From a virus: DNA of 64,000 bases. The DNA lies in IMG/VR virus record IMGVR_UViG_3300025012_000055, positions 1 to 64,000 of that record, one strand, 5' to 3'. Within the stretch, counting starts at the first letter, position 1. Every line of letters begins with the position of its first letter. The translations under genes and the position numbers were made by a program. The notes under the pieces were generated by a model. The model was not told where the DNA came from. It searched no databases and saw only the letters and a list, made by a program, of their open reading frames with translations. Shown one piece after another: positions 1 to 9,909 of the stretch.

Positions 1-25
1 CTACAATGAAGGTAGTTATCAATAT

Positions 26-487
26 ATGTGGGAAACCCCTAGCACAATTTTTGAAATTGGACCAAATGGGGTTATAACCTTAAAATTCAATAATTCTTTT
101 GGTATGATGGATATGGATGAGAGTGGTGAATTATCTCTTGAAATGCCAGAACCTATTAAAGAAGAAAAATGGGTTAATACTGGTGGATATCGTGGTCATA
201 CTGATTGGGTGTTAAATGATGGATTTGTTGAATATTCTGAAGGGTGGGTAACAGGTCATCCTAATGAAACAACAAAAAGAAAAGCAGAACTTTCTGAATT
301 ATATGATGATTTAAGAACTGGTAAATTAGTTCCGCCAGTTACAATTTGGTGGGTATTTGGAGTAACATCCAATATATTTTCCACTGCATCTTCTATAATT
401 ATAAAAAAGAAAGATATGAAAAAATTAGATAAGTGGCTGGAATCAATTGGACATTCAAAAGAAAGTATTGATTATCAGATGTCGTGA
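26..487 (+). CDS. hypothetical protein (probably 5'-partial; stop codon supplied by the IS right end)
   Basis: Frame is open back to the window start; the TGA lies inside GTGAA (484-488), the IS end. Confidence 0.6.
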   Translation: MWETPSTIFEIGPNGVITLKFNNSFGMMDMDESGELSLEMPEPIKEEKWVNTGGYRGHTDWVLNDGFVEYSEGWVTGHPNETTKRKAELSELYDDLRTGKLVPPVTIWWVFGVTSNIFSTASSIIIKKKDMKKLDKWLESIGHSKESIDYQMS

Positions 488-1720
488 ACTACCCCTTGCC
501 TAAATAACTAAAGGCAAAGGGGCTTCGGAAGATAAAAAATGATGAACCATATCAGAACATACAGAATTACCAACCAAGTTGATACCCAACTTATGAATAT
601 TAATAGCAGCATTATGGTCTCTCGTAGTTTCAAACTCACAAGTAGTACACTTATGAGAGCGTTCATAGAGGGTTTTAGGTTCGAGAGTACCACAATTACT
701 GCATTTTATTGTTGTGCCTTTTGGATTTACTGCTATACAATAAGTACCAGCATCTTCCGCTTTGTACTTCAGCATAAAAATAAATGTACTCCAAGAGGCA
801 TCAGAAATATGTTTTTGAAGATTATATTTATTATCTTCAATCATTTGTTTAATTTTCAAATCTTCATAAGCAATAAGGTCAAAAGTATTTACCAACCTAT
901 AAGAAAGTTTATGCTGAAAATGATTTCTCTGTCTTGCAATTTTTCTATGAAGATTGGTAAGTTGTTTTTTAATTTTTTTACTTTTCCCTTTAGAGTATTT
1001 GCTCTGAATTTCTTTAAGTTTATCTTCAGATTGTTTCAAATATTTTGGATTGGCAATTTCTTCTCCATTGGAAAGTACTGCAAAATTAGTAAGTCCCAAA
1101 TCAATCCCAATTACATTAGTAATAACTTTCTTTTCTGGAATAGGATTAGAAAGTTTACAAGAGAAAATAACATACCATTGATTGCCTTCTCTCTTAATTG
1201 TGCAAGTTTTTATTTCACTATTCAAAGGAATTTGCCTGTGAAGTTTAATTTTTATAGATCCTATTTTAGAAAGTCTAACTTTTTTATTAATAATATCAAA
1301 TCCACTTTGAGGATAAGTAAAACTATCATATCTATCAAAACTTTTATAACGAGGAAAACCAGATTTTTCTCCTTTTTGTTTTATTCTGCGAAAGAAATTT
1401 TGATAAGCCAAATCAACCCGTTTAATTACATTCTGCAATACTTGGCTATGAATTTTATTATATTCAGGGAATTCATCTTTAATCGATGGCAATTCATTTT
1501 GTTGTTCATTATAAGAAATAGATTTTTGAGCAATACGATATGCTTCTCTGCGATGCTCCAATGCTGTATTATAGAGTTTGAAGCAAGAAAACAAAGTATC
1601 TTGCAAAACTTTTTTCTGTTTGGGGGTAGGATAAATTCTATATTTATAAGCTCTCATAATATAAATAAATATACCAATAAACAAAATTTATTTCAATATC
1701 CTAAAAGGTGGGGGATTTAT
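484..1720 (-). mobile_element. IS200/IS605-family non-autonomous element (tnpB only)
   Basis: Right-end hairpin CCCCTTGCC..GGCAAAGGGG (492-522) followed by TTCAC on the - strand; degenerate GGTGGGGGAT left-end-like sequence near 1700-1720; no tnpA. Left boundary approximate. Confidence 0.75.
500..1657 (-). CDS. tnpB: RNA-guided endonuclease TnpB
   Basis: MRAYKYRIYPT N-terminal HTH, RuvC D-E-D (GIDLG, YEDL, RDHNAA), CxxC..CxxC zinc finger; likely start ATG at 1657. Confidence 0.95.
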   Translation of the reverse strand: MRAYKYRIYPTPKQKKVLQDTLFSCFKLYNTALEHRREAYRIAQKSISYNEQQNELPSIKDEFPEYNKIHSQVLQNVIKRVDLAYQNFFRRIKQKGEKSGFPRYKSFDRYDSFTYPQSGFDIINKKVRLSKIGSIKIKLHRQIPLNSEIKTCTIKREGNQWYVIFSCKLSNPIPEKKVITNVIGIDLGLTNFAVLSNGEEIANPKYLKQSEDKLKEIQSKYSKGKSKKIKKQLTNLHRKIARQRNHFQHKLSYRLVNTFDLIAYEDLKIKQMIEDNKYNLQKHISDASWSTFIFMLKYKAEDAGTYCIAVNPKGTTIKCSNCGTLEPKTLYERSHKCTTCEFETTRDHNAAINIHKLGINLVGNSVCSDMVHHFLSSEAPLPLVI

Positions 1721-1731
1721 TTTGTAAATAT

Positions 1732-1786
1732 TTTAAAACCCATTGAGCATTATTTGCTCATGCAGGTTCGAACCCTGCCTCTGGCA
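1732..1786 (+). pseudogene. 3' half of tRNA-Leu(UAA)
   Basis: TTTAAAA loop, CCCAT, long variable arm TGAGCA/TGCTCA, T arm GCAGG-TTCGAAC-CCTGC, acceptor 3' strand CTCTGGC-A; 5' half absent. Confidence 0.8.
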
Positions 1787-1800
1787 CAAAAAATAAAATT

Positions 1801-2133
1801 ATGATTGTATATAGGGCAATGTCTAAAAAAGAAAGGGACTTAACTCTTGAACATAATGATTTTGCCTTTGACAAAAAACGTAAATATTTTTCATTTAATC
1901 TGGATTGGATAAAATCAAGAGTAATGGATGGAAATTTTAATAATTCCAAATTTAAAACAGAAAGATATAAGCATTTATTAAAATTTGAAATTGATGATGA
2001 ATATATAATTCAGTTTAGTAAAGTGGGGGAAAAAGAATTAATGTTACACAAATGGAAATCAAACTTTCCCATTAAAAATATCAGTGAAATTGAAAATGGC
2101 CCCGTAACTCAACAGGATAGAGTACTGCCATAA
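1801..2133 (+). CDS. small hypothetical protein, possible ADP-ribosyltransferase fold
   Basis: VYRAMS..E, YFS and late E motifs resemble R-S-E ART domains (weak). Confidence 0.6.
   Translation: MIVYRAMSKKERDLTLEHNDFAFDKKRKYFSFNLDWIKSRVMDGNFNNSKFKTERYKHLLKFEIDDEYIIQFSKVGEKELMLHKWKSNFPIKNISEIENGPVTQQDRVLP
2098..2129 (+). pseudogene. 5' half of a tRNA (Arg-like D loop)
   Basis: GGCCCCG-TA-ACTC-AACAGGATA-GAGT-A-CTGCC, then the tRNA fold stops. Confidence 0.65.
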
Positions 2134-2188
2134 ATAATTTCGATTCTGTTAAAATTTATAATTTAAAAATGGAATTATTTAAATAACT

Positions 2189-2512
2189 ATGACAGAAGAA
2201 TGTAGAAAAGAAATTATAGATTATCTCACATTAAAAGATTGGATATTTCCTCATAGTGTTAAATTGTTTGGTGGTTCTAATACCTCTTTTTTAAGCACAA
2301 TAATCATATACTCAAAAAATGGTGTAAAAAAAAATATGGAAAACAAATTTGAAAAAAATAAAATTAATATGTCAAAATATTTCTTAGAATATATTGGTCA
2401 TTTTTTAAGAAAATATAAAATAGAAACTGTTAATTTTTTTCATAGCGAGCAGATTACTTATACATCAAAATCCTGGAAATTTAAAGAAATAAAAGAGTCT
2501 ATTGTTTTATAA
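2189..2512 (+). CDS. hypothetical protein
   Basis: ORF with phage-like composition. Confidence 0.6.
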   Translation: MTEECRKEIIDYLTLKDWIFPHSVKLFGGSNTSFLSTIIIYSKNGVKKNMENKFEKNKINMSKYFLEYIGHFLRKYKIETVNFFHSEQITYTSKSWKFKEIKESIVL

Positions 2513-5288
2513 CTTCCATTTCATCAATTTCTTTAAATTCCCCCCCGACTACCTCACTTAAAATCCATTTTTCTTCTCCATTTTCAATTTTAGGTAGTAT
2601 AACAAATTCTCCGTTATTATAATTTTCTTTATATGATTTTATATTTACCCCTTCTTTTTTAAATTTTCCTTTTAAATCTGATATTATATTATCATATCTT
2701 GTTATATCAAGTTGCCTGATACAATTGTTTGTGGTAAATCCATCAAATATTTCTCTTGGATTTTTCCCTATTTTATTCCAAAAATCTAACTCACGTTGGT
2801 CTATATTCATTGTCTCTTCAATTGTGTCCAAATCTTCCATTTGGAGTTTTAATTGTTTCTCAGTATAATATTGTTTATCTTTTGGATTTTTTACTAATAA
2901 TGTATCTCTGACTTCTTTTTGAAAACAAGTCAGCAATTGTTTTATCCTGTTATTTAAAATATTAACATATCTTAAAAAATTATAATGTCCATATTCTTCC
3001 TTTTCTGGATCAATTAATATTGAATTTCCAACATCCTGGTCTGAAACTTTATTTCCATTATTAACATAATAGACAATTTCCCCCAAGTTCTTATCAATGT
3101 TTTTTTCCACCAATAATTCCATATAGGCGAACCTTGGAAGTGGTTTTCCATTTTTATTTGTTTTTTGTAATCTTTTTTTATAATCTTGTTTTGATATTTT
3201 AACTTTAGCCTTATTTGCCATATAATTTAATGGTAATTGTTTATTATATATTTTTTCTATATACTCATAATAATATTCAACAAACTCTTTTGGTTTGTTG
3301 TTTAATAATAAATTAACACTTTTATCAATAAATTCTTCCAAATATCTTTGTATCTTATTTGATTTTAACGTATTCCCTGTAATTTCAGATTTTCCTTCAT
3401 AAGTCAAATTAACATAATTTTTTCTTTTCATATTAATTGAAGATTTCCATTTTTTGTCAATATCCAAATTCATGAATCCTTTCATATAAGTTTTATTAAA
3501 ATATTCAACCAATTCTTCAATTTTATTTTTATGACTGTCCGGTACTGAATAATTACCCCCATCTGTATCTGTTTGTAATAAAATAAAATCATTATCTACA
3601 AAATATTTTATCATTTTTCTAAGATATTGTCTTCCAGTACAAGTTATTCTTTCCCCACAATCCATATCACCCCAATTGAAAACTTCTGGAGCGCTTAAAG
3701 AACCAAAAAATCCATTATTTAATATTTTAAGTGGTAATTGTCTGACATTATAATAATTTGATAATTCTTCATTATTTTCTTTTTTATATTTTTCTTTTAA
3801 ATGTTTATATTTATTTCTTGTTTTACTAAAATAAGTTATCAATTTTTTCATAACATGATCAATATCACAATCTGGAAATACATCATGTTCAATCATAATT
3901 GAAGGATAAAGACTAGCAAAATCAAGTTTTACTATATTTTCTCCATATCCTATTTTAAATAATCTTGATAGTCCACCAACCATATCTCTTTTTTTATCAT
4001 TGTTTGGTATTGATATTTTATTTTCATAAGAATATGCCATCATAAGAATTTTCCAAGTAACTGCGGTTCCCATTGTCGATGTTCTTCCCAAAGAAGATGG
4101 TATCAATGAAGATAATAAAAAAGATGCCTGATTAAATATTTCATCTACTTGTTCTGTTTCCCATAAGTCATCCAAAAGATATTGACGTACTATTTCTTTT
4201 CCTGTTATTGTGTCTTCTGTTGAAGAAACATATTCATTATCTTTAATTAACTGATAATTATTAGTTTTTCTATCAATTTTATATCTTTTATTCTCTTTAT
4301 ATATTTGATAAATTTTATCACCATCAACATACATTCTATTTGGCTTATTTTTCTTTGCATATTTTGTAATATATTTTAATCCCCATGTTTTTATATCAGA
4401 ATTTATTGCCATTGTTCGTCTAACAGAATGAGCAACATCCGTTACATTGTATCCATACATTATTGTTTGAAAATATTCTTCTGTTTCTGATGCCATTTTT
4501 AAAAATCCTTTTTTCTTTCTTATTGGTTTTTTCTTATCCAAAGAAGTTAGAAAATCACAATTATTTAAATCAATACCCAATCTGTTACATCTTTCAATTA
4601 TAAAAGGAAAGTCAAAATTCTCACTATTATATCCACTTATAATTGAGGGTTTTATTTCATTTATTATTCTAAAAAACATTTCTATTCCTTCTATTTCAGA
4701 ATCATCATTATCATCAATTTCAATAACATGTTGAAAACCTCTGTTATCTTTTATTCCAATTAAAAATATTTTTTGTGTTTTTGGATCGATTCCAGTTGTT
4801 TCAAGGTCAAAATATAATTTATGAACATCTTTATAATATTCAAAACCTTTAAATAGTCTTTTCTCTGTTTGAATTAAAAATTGTTCTTCTGGTCTGTTTA
4901 TTATAAATAAATCTTTTCTTTCAAATGGGTCATATCCTCCTTTTTTAAAAAAATTAATTAATGCTCCAACAGATTTAGTACTGGTAACTAAATATTTAAA
5001 TCCGTTTTCCAATCTTAAATTATTATCTGTTCTTAATTTTTCTATTTTAATTCCATAATATTCTATTGCCTTATCTCTTATTTCTTTGGATTGATATAGT
5101 TGAATTTTATTTTGTTTTAAATCTTTCATAAAAAGATAGGGAGTATAATGATGTTTTTCAGTATATTTACCTTTTACTGGATCATCAATAAATAATGTAA
5201 CTGAATTGGTATAATAATCTCCCTCAACAGAAGTTATGTACCTTTGTGGGTCCTTTCCTTCTAAAAAAACTTCTATAAAATCTTTCAC
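2499..5288 (-). CDS. polB: family B DNA polymerase (T4 gp43-like)
   Basis: Exo motifs DLETTG and YNSENFD; Pol motifs DFASLYPS, KILNNGFFG, TDTDG. Confidence 0.97.
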   Translation of the reverse strand: MKDFIEVFLEGKDPQRYITSVEGDYYTNSVTLFIDDPVKGKYTEKHHYTPYLFMKDLKQNKIQLYQSKEIRDKAIEYYGIKIEKLRTDNNLRLENGFKYLVTSTKSVGALINFFKKGGYDPFERKDLFIINRPEEQFLIQTEKRLFKGFEYYKDVHKLYFDLETTGIDPKTQKIFLIGIKDNRGFQHVIEIDDNDDSEIEGIEMFFRIINEIKPSIISGYNSENFDFPFIIERCNRLGIDLNNCDFLTSLDKKKPIRKKKGFLKMASETEEYFQTIMYGYNVTDVAHSVRRTMAINSDIKTWGLKYITKYAKKNKPNRMYVDGDKIYQIYKENKRYKIDRKTNNYQLIKDNEYVSSTEDTITGKEIVRQYLLDDLWETEQVDEIFNQASFLLSSLIPSSLGRTSTMGTAVTWKILMMAYSYENKISIPNNDKKRDMVGGLSRLFKIGYGENIVKLDFASLYPSIMIEHDVFPDCDIDHVMKKLITYFSKTRNKYKHLKEKYKKENNEELSNYYNVRQLPLKILNNGFFGSLSAPEVFNWGDMDCGERITCTGRQYLRKMIKYFVDNDFILLQTDTDGGNYSVPDSHKNKIEELVEYFNKTYMKGFMNLDIDKKWKSSINMKRKNYVNLTYEGKSEITGNTLKSNKIQRYLEEFIDKSVNLLLNNKPKEFVEYYYEYIEKIYNKQLPLNYMANKAKVKISKQDYKKRLQKTNKNGKPLPRFAYMELLVEKNIDKNLGEIVYYVNNGNKVSDQDVGNSILIDPEKEEYGHYNFLRYVNILNNRIKQLLTCFQKEVRDTLLVKNPKDKQYYTEKQLKLQMEDLDTIEETMNIDQRELDFWNKIGKNPREIFDGFTTNNCIRQLDITRYDNIISDLKGKFKKEGVNIKSYKENYNNGEFVILPKIENGEEKWILSEVVGGEFKEIDEMEVIKQ

Positions 5289-5314
5289 AATTTGAAAAAA
5301 CTTAAATTAATATA

Positions 5315-5346
5315 CAAAGATAATAAAAATTAACTAAAAAGTCAAT
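5315..5346 (-). promoter_or_regulatory. Bacteroidota-type sigma-A promoter of polB
   Basis: ATTG-N20-TATCTTTG on the - strand. Confidence 0.75.
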
Positions 5347-5367
5347 GGTTTTAATCTTATTTTCATA

Positions 5368-5946
5368 TTATTTTATTATATCCCATTCACCTTCTTTATT
5401 TTTCATTTGAAATTTTCCTTTAATATTATATATCTGATAAGGAAATTCATTCATCCAGAATAATTCTTTTCCAAAATATACATCCCCAACATTATTTGTG
5501 AAATTAACGGAATTAATGTTAAACCATATAATTGAAGTTAACCATACATTATCTTTATTATTAAATATAATATTATTTCCCACCCCTTTAAGAAAAGGGA
5601 AATATACATAACCATCATTATTAAACTTAATATTATTTCCCATTTCTTTAAGAGAAGGTAAATCTACATAACCATTATTATTAAACACAATATTATTTCC
5701 CACCCCTTTAAGAAAAGGGAAATATACATAATCATCATTATTAAACACAACATTATCTGGAATATATGTTATTAATTTAGAATATATATTCTTACCACCA
5801 ATAATAATCTTATTGTCATTATTTATTTCATAAGAAATATTTTCCTGATTTAATATATCAATAAATTCTTTTCTTTTTGAATCTGATTCTAAAATAATAT
5901 TTTCAATTAATCTTTTAAATTGACTTTCTGTGATTATTATTTTCAT
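5368..5946 (-). CDS. repeat (LRR-like) protein with MKIIITESQ N-terminus; paralog of 48952..49407
   Basis: 20-aa repeats GNNIxFNNxGYVxxxxLK; 60-bp DNA periodicity at about 5560-5760. Confidence 0.8.
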   Translation of the reverse strand: MKIIITESQFKRLIENIILESDSKRKEFIDILNQENISYEINNDNKIIIGGKNIYSKLITYIPDNVVFNNDDYVYFPFLKGVGNNIVFNNNGYVDLPSLKEMGNNIKFNNDGYVYFPFLKGVGNNIIFNNKDNVWLTSIIWFNINSVNFTNNVGDVYFGKELFWMNEFPYQIYNIKGKFQMKNKEGEWDIIK

Positions 5947-5947
5947 A

Positions 5948-8425
5948 TTAATCTATATGTTTACTTGAAAAGTTTGATTGCCAAAATCCTTCAGTATCAA
6001 CCAATGTCCCAGTATTTCCTTCTCTAACTGGTATATTCTTTCCTTCTATACAAAAAGTACATATTGAACCACTAATATCTTTTGGTTGATCTTCTTGAAA
6101 TTCTGATCCATCATTTATTCCATGCCTATAAACAAATTTTTGTCTGTTAAATACTGTATTTCTATATCTTTCACCGTTTTCCCATATTGTTGTTGATGGG
6201 ATTAACTGATCAATTAAATCAAACCAATAATTTTCCAATAAATCAATATATTTAATTACCTTTGGTACATTTAATGCTTTACTTTGTAAATTACCTTCAG
6301 TTTGACTTCTGTAATAATAATCAAAATAAAGTTTTCTTAATGTGGGATATCCACCACCCTTATTATCTGAAATTACTTTTCTGTTTTTTACATCAATAAA
6401 ATGAGAATATATTTTATTTATATATTGTGCAAAACTTAAATTGGCAACATTAAATTTTGTATATTTATCATCAGGATATGGATATGTTCTACCAGTGGGA
6501 GAAACTGGATAATCAAAAGATAATTTATTATAATTATAAACATCACATTCTATTGCTTTTGCAACATCCAAATTCATATCAACTTCTTTTGTGTTTAATA
6601 TTAATTCACTTCTTCCAGAATAATCTGCTTGTCTTGTTAAACTTCTATTATAAACTCTATGTTCATTATCTTTAGTTGAATAAACCCATGATTTTTTATC
6701 ATCTGGTACTTTATTAAGTTGAAATCCTGCTAATATATATGGTTCAAAGTAAGATTGTCCCCCATCATATGGTCCAAGATGAATTCCAACTGATTGATCT
6801 TTTTTGCCTAAAACATCAATTTCTTCTCTCCATCTTCCAAATTGTTGAAAATAATAATCTGGTTTATTCTCAGGTATTGCAGGAAATCCCTCATCATCAA
6901 AAAAATCTGTTAATCCAGATAATGATTGATCGTTTGGATTTATTTTACCAGAGACAAGATAAACATGTTCATTTATATCAATTAAACAATCTGGGGCCCC
7001 AATAAATTTAAGTAAAAATTCCAATACTTTTCTTGTCCCTTTTGATTTAAATAACCAATTAGTATTTAATACAATTCTTCTCCATAATTCAATATCCATC
7101 TCAGCTGGCGTGAAATTTTTTGAATGACCACTAAAAGATATTCTACTACTTGTTTTACCTAAAAATGAAGTTAATAAATCTTCTTCTCCAACACTTTTTA
7201 AAACCCCCCATCCTAATGTTTTTGCTAAATTTTTAACTAATTGATCTGGAATATTTTCTTTTTTATCATAAGTAATTCTATTGGCAAATGCAAGACCATC
7301 AATAAATGTTTTAACCTCATCAAATTCTCTACCATAAATTTTTAATAGTTTATCTATTTTTCCATCAGGAGTATCAAATTCTTTAAGCGCTGTTGTTGTA
7401 AAAAACCTTGCAACTAAATTTGTTTTATATGCGTCTTGCTTATCTGCCAGTAACAATAAACTTTCCAAATAATCTTTATAATTGTCTGTATCAATATCTA
7501 AATTATATCCATCTTTTACTGGCCAAGTAAATTGTTTGTTGATTAATACAATTCTACCACTTTCAGTTTCTATTGGGTCTTGAAATTCTGCAGTAAATTT
7601 TGGTTTTACTTCTCTGTTTAAAACATAACTTTCAAAATTACCTAAACCATTAAAAAATTCTTCAACATGTTGATATCTGGGTTTTATGTGATAAGTTGTT
7701 GATAGTGTAGTAGTTGTACCAGTAATGGAGGGAAAAACATTTCCTTTTGTTTTAAACCATAAATTTTTATCTGTGTCTGTACTTCCTGTAAATGAAATAA
7801 CATCAAATTCTTTATTATTACTATTTAAAACAGAATATCTTTTAAAATATTTTTTAATATTTTTAAAATTCTTTTCAGATTTGAAATCCGTTAAATTTGA
7901 TAAAGAATCAAAGGTTTCCAATGATTTTGAATCTTCTCTATAAATTAATTGAAATTTATTCTCAATAAAATCTGTGGGGGTTCTAAATGTTGCCTCATCT
8001 AATGTCTGATTATAAGAATAATTTAAAACAGTATTTTTTGTTTCTGTATTCTGGATATTATTTAGATATAATGCACCAGGGAATTTAAGTATAATTTCAG
8101 AAAGTGATACTCTAATAAATTCTCTGAGTGAACCAAAATAAGCATAATTTGATATATTACTTCTATCAATATTAAGAACTACATCTATATTATTTGAAAG
8201 TAGGGTTTTAGCTTCTTTTACATCATTTAATTTTAATGATTCTAATGTGATAGCAGTTGAAAAAATTCCAAGTTTCCCCTCATATTTTTTAGATACTTTG
8301 GGAGATAAATCTGTGGTTGTGGAAAAATTACCAATCTGTGATATTATACTACCTTCTGTAACTTTAAAATTAATTAAATTTGAATTATCAATATTTTTTC
8401 CTACTATCTTTGTCTTTTTTGCCAT
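5948..8425 (-). CDS. virion structural protein, baseplate wedge-like
   Basis: 825 aa in structural cluster; LAKTLGW and LFKSKGT motifs typical of baseplate wedge/tail proteins. Confidence 0.6.
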   Translation of the reverse strand: MAKKTKIVGKNIDNSNLINFKVTEGSIISQIGNFSTTTDLSPKVSKKYEGKLGIFSTAITLESLKLNDVKEAKTLLSNNIDVVLNIDRSNISNYAYFGSLREFIRVSLSEIILKFPGALYLNNIQNTETKNTVLNYSYNQTLDEATFRTPTDFIENKFQLIYREDSKSLETFDSLSNLTDFKSEKNFKNIKKYFKRYSVLNSNNKEFDVISFTGSTDTDKNLWFKTKGNVFPSITGTTTTLSTTYHIKPRYQHVEEFFNGLGNFESYVLNREVKPKFTAEFQDPIETESGRIVLINKQFTWPVKDGYNLDIDTDNYKDYLESLLLLADKQDAYKTNLVARFFTTTALKEFDTPDGKIDKLLKIYGREFDEVKTFIDGLAFANRITYDKKENIPDQLVKNLAKTLGWGVLKSVGEEDLLTSFLGKTSSRISFSGHSKNFTPAEMDIELWRRIVLNTNWLFKSKGTRKVLEFLLKFIGAPDCLIDINEHVYLVSGKINPNDQSLSGLTDFFDDEGFPAIPENKPDYYFQQFGRWREEIDVLGKKDQSVGIHLGPYDGGQSYFEPYILAGFQLNKVPDDKKSWVYSTKDNEHRVYNRSLTRQADYSGRSELILNTKEVDMNLDVAKAIECDVYNYNKLSFDYPVSPTGRTYPYPDDKYTKFNVANLSFAQYINKIYSHFIDVKNRKVISDNKGGGYPTLRKLYFDYYYRSQTEGNLQSKALNVPKVIKYIDLLENYWFDLIDQLIPSTTIWENGERYRNTVFNRQKFVYRHGINDGSEFQEDQPKDISGSICTFCIEGKNIPVREGNTGTLVDTEGFWQSNFSSKHID

Positions 8426-8512
8426 TTATCTAAAAGTATATTTTTTATATAAATATTTGATTTATCAAAAAACTAATTAAATATTCAATATGAGTTGAAA
8501 AACAAAAACTTA

Positions 8513-8953
8513 TTATTTAACCAAAACTAAAACAGTCAAAATCCCCACACCAACTATTAATACTTTATTGAAAAAAACATTTCTATTTAATTTCTTTTCA
8601 ATTTTCTTATTCTTATCAGTTAATTCACTTACAATTCCATCTTTTTCATTTATAATTTTACCTTTTAGTATTAATTGTTCTTTTAAATTATTTATAAGTT
8701 CCTTATCTTGAATAATAACTAATTCATAGTCAGATACTTGTCTATTTAAAGAATCAGTAAGTTCTTTATATTTATCTTTTTCTAATTTTAATACATTTAA
8801 TTTTTTAACCTGGTCAATAGTTAACAATAATAAAGTATCATTATTCTCACTAATATACAATTTAGGATACTCATTACTGGTTAATCCAGGTTGAGAAATA
8901 CTTAATTGTGCTATCAGTAGAAAGATTATTAATATCAGAAATTTTCTTATCAT
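8513..8953 (-). CDS. signal-peptide coiled-coil protein with C-terminal TM helix (spanin-like)
   Basis: Hydrophobic N- and C-termini, central coiled coil, overlaps upstream gene. Confidence 0.5.
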   Translation of the reverse strand: MIRKFLILIIFLLIAQLSISQPGLTSNEYPKLYISENNDTLLLLTIDQVKKLNVLKLEKDKYKELTDSLNRQVSDYELVIIQDKELINNLKEQLILKGKIINEKDGIVSELTDKNKKIEKKLNRNVFFNKVLIVGVGILTVLVLVK

Positions 8954-9218
8954 AATTTTTATATATTATTTTTATATTTTCTTTTCTTGTTTCGATATTA
9001 AAAAGTGAACTATCTCTTTGTTTTTCCAAAATATTATAAATGGAATCCTTTTCATTTATTTGTTTTTCTAATAATTTTATTTTTTCTTCTTGTTTTGATA
9101 TCTCAATATCATATTTATCATATTTTGGATTATACTTATATAAGAAAAAATATCCCAAAGCACACATCCCAATAATAACTAAAATATATTTAGCGTCTTT
9201 ATTTAATTCAATTTTCAT
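8874..9218 (-). CDS. N-terminal TM coiled-coil protein (i-spanin-like)
   Basis: Single N-terminal TM followed by coiled coil. Confidence 0.5.
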   Translation of the reverse strand: MKIELNKDAKYILVIIGMCALGYFFLYKYNPKYDKYDIEISKQEEKIKLLEKQINEKDSIYNILEKQRDSSLFNIETRKENIKIIYKNYDKKISDINNLSTDSTIKYFSTWINQ

Positions 9219-9864
9219 TATTTTTAACCCAATTTAACTTATTACTTTTTTGTCTATTATCTTCAGTACTTAATGGTTGTAAATTTGTCCAATGAAAACA
9301 TTTTTTTTGTTCCTCTTCAATTGAAAAATTAAAGGAACTACAAGGTATGATATGGTCTACTTCCCAGTATGAACCATAGTTATCCCAACTCATACTTTCA
9401 TCAAATTGATTTTCCAAATATATTTTTAAATCTTTGATTGAAGATCCAATTAAATTAATAGTTGAATTTGACTTTATATTTCTTTTTAATGCATTACTTA
9501 ATCTGTTCCGTAGGTTATATGTTAATTTGAAGGTGGGATCTTCTTTTCTTCTTTTTTTATTATAATTTTTATTTCTTTCTTTTACTTTATCAAGGTTGTT
9601 CAAATAATATTTTTTATTATAATCTGGATTATTTTCCTTCCATTTTTTCTTAATTTCTTTATTTTTTTCAGGATTATTCAATACCCATTTTTTACGTTTT
9701 TCTTTTAATTTTTCAGGGTTATTTAAATAATATTTTTTATTTATTTCTTTAATGCAATTTTTGCAAGTATTAAAATAACAACCCTTCGTTTTATTATAAT
9801 AATAATCTTCAATTGGTTTTTCAACATCACACTTAATACATTGTTTTAATCCACTATTATACAT
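9208..9864 (-). CDS. HNH homing-type endonuclease
   Basis: N-terminal CxxC..CxxC, NNPEK repeats, WEVDHIIP..HWTNLQPL..N HNH core. Confidence 0.85.
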   Translation of the reverse strand: MYNSGLKQCIKCDVEKPIEDYYYNKTKGCYFNTCKNCIKEINKKYYLNNPEKLKEKRKKWVLNNPEKNKEIKKKWKENNPDYNKKYYLNNLDKVKERNKNYNKKRRKEDPTFKLTYNLRNRLSNALKRNIKSNSTINLIGSSIKDLKIYLENQFDESMSWDNYGSYWEVDHIIPCSSFNFSIEEEQKKCFHWTNLQPLSTEDNRQKSNKLNWVKNNEN

Positions 9865-9909
9865 AATTTATTTTTTCCTTTTTACGTTATTTAATTCAAT
9901 TTTCATATT

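Noticed and set aside
539-1804. 421-aa + strand ORF
   Set aside because: Antisense shadow of tnpB with F/I-rich non-protein-like composition; the same applies to the many short antisense ORFs inside long genes.
1732-2129. Split, permuted or intron-containing tRNA
   Set aside because: Acceptor strands GGCCCCG and CTCTGGC are not complementary, and no group I intron terminal G precedes the Leu half.
2499-5288. Intein or intron in the DNA polymerase
   Set aside because: Length is normal, motifs are contiguous, no intein splice motifs seen.
5560-5760. CRISPR array from 60-bp periodic repeats
   Set aside because: Repeats are in-frame coding repeats without unique spacers.
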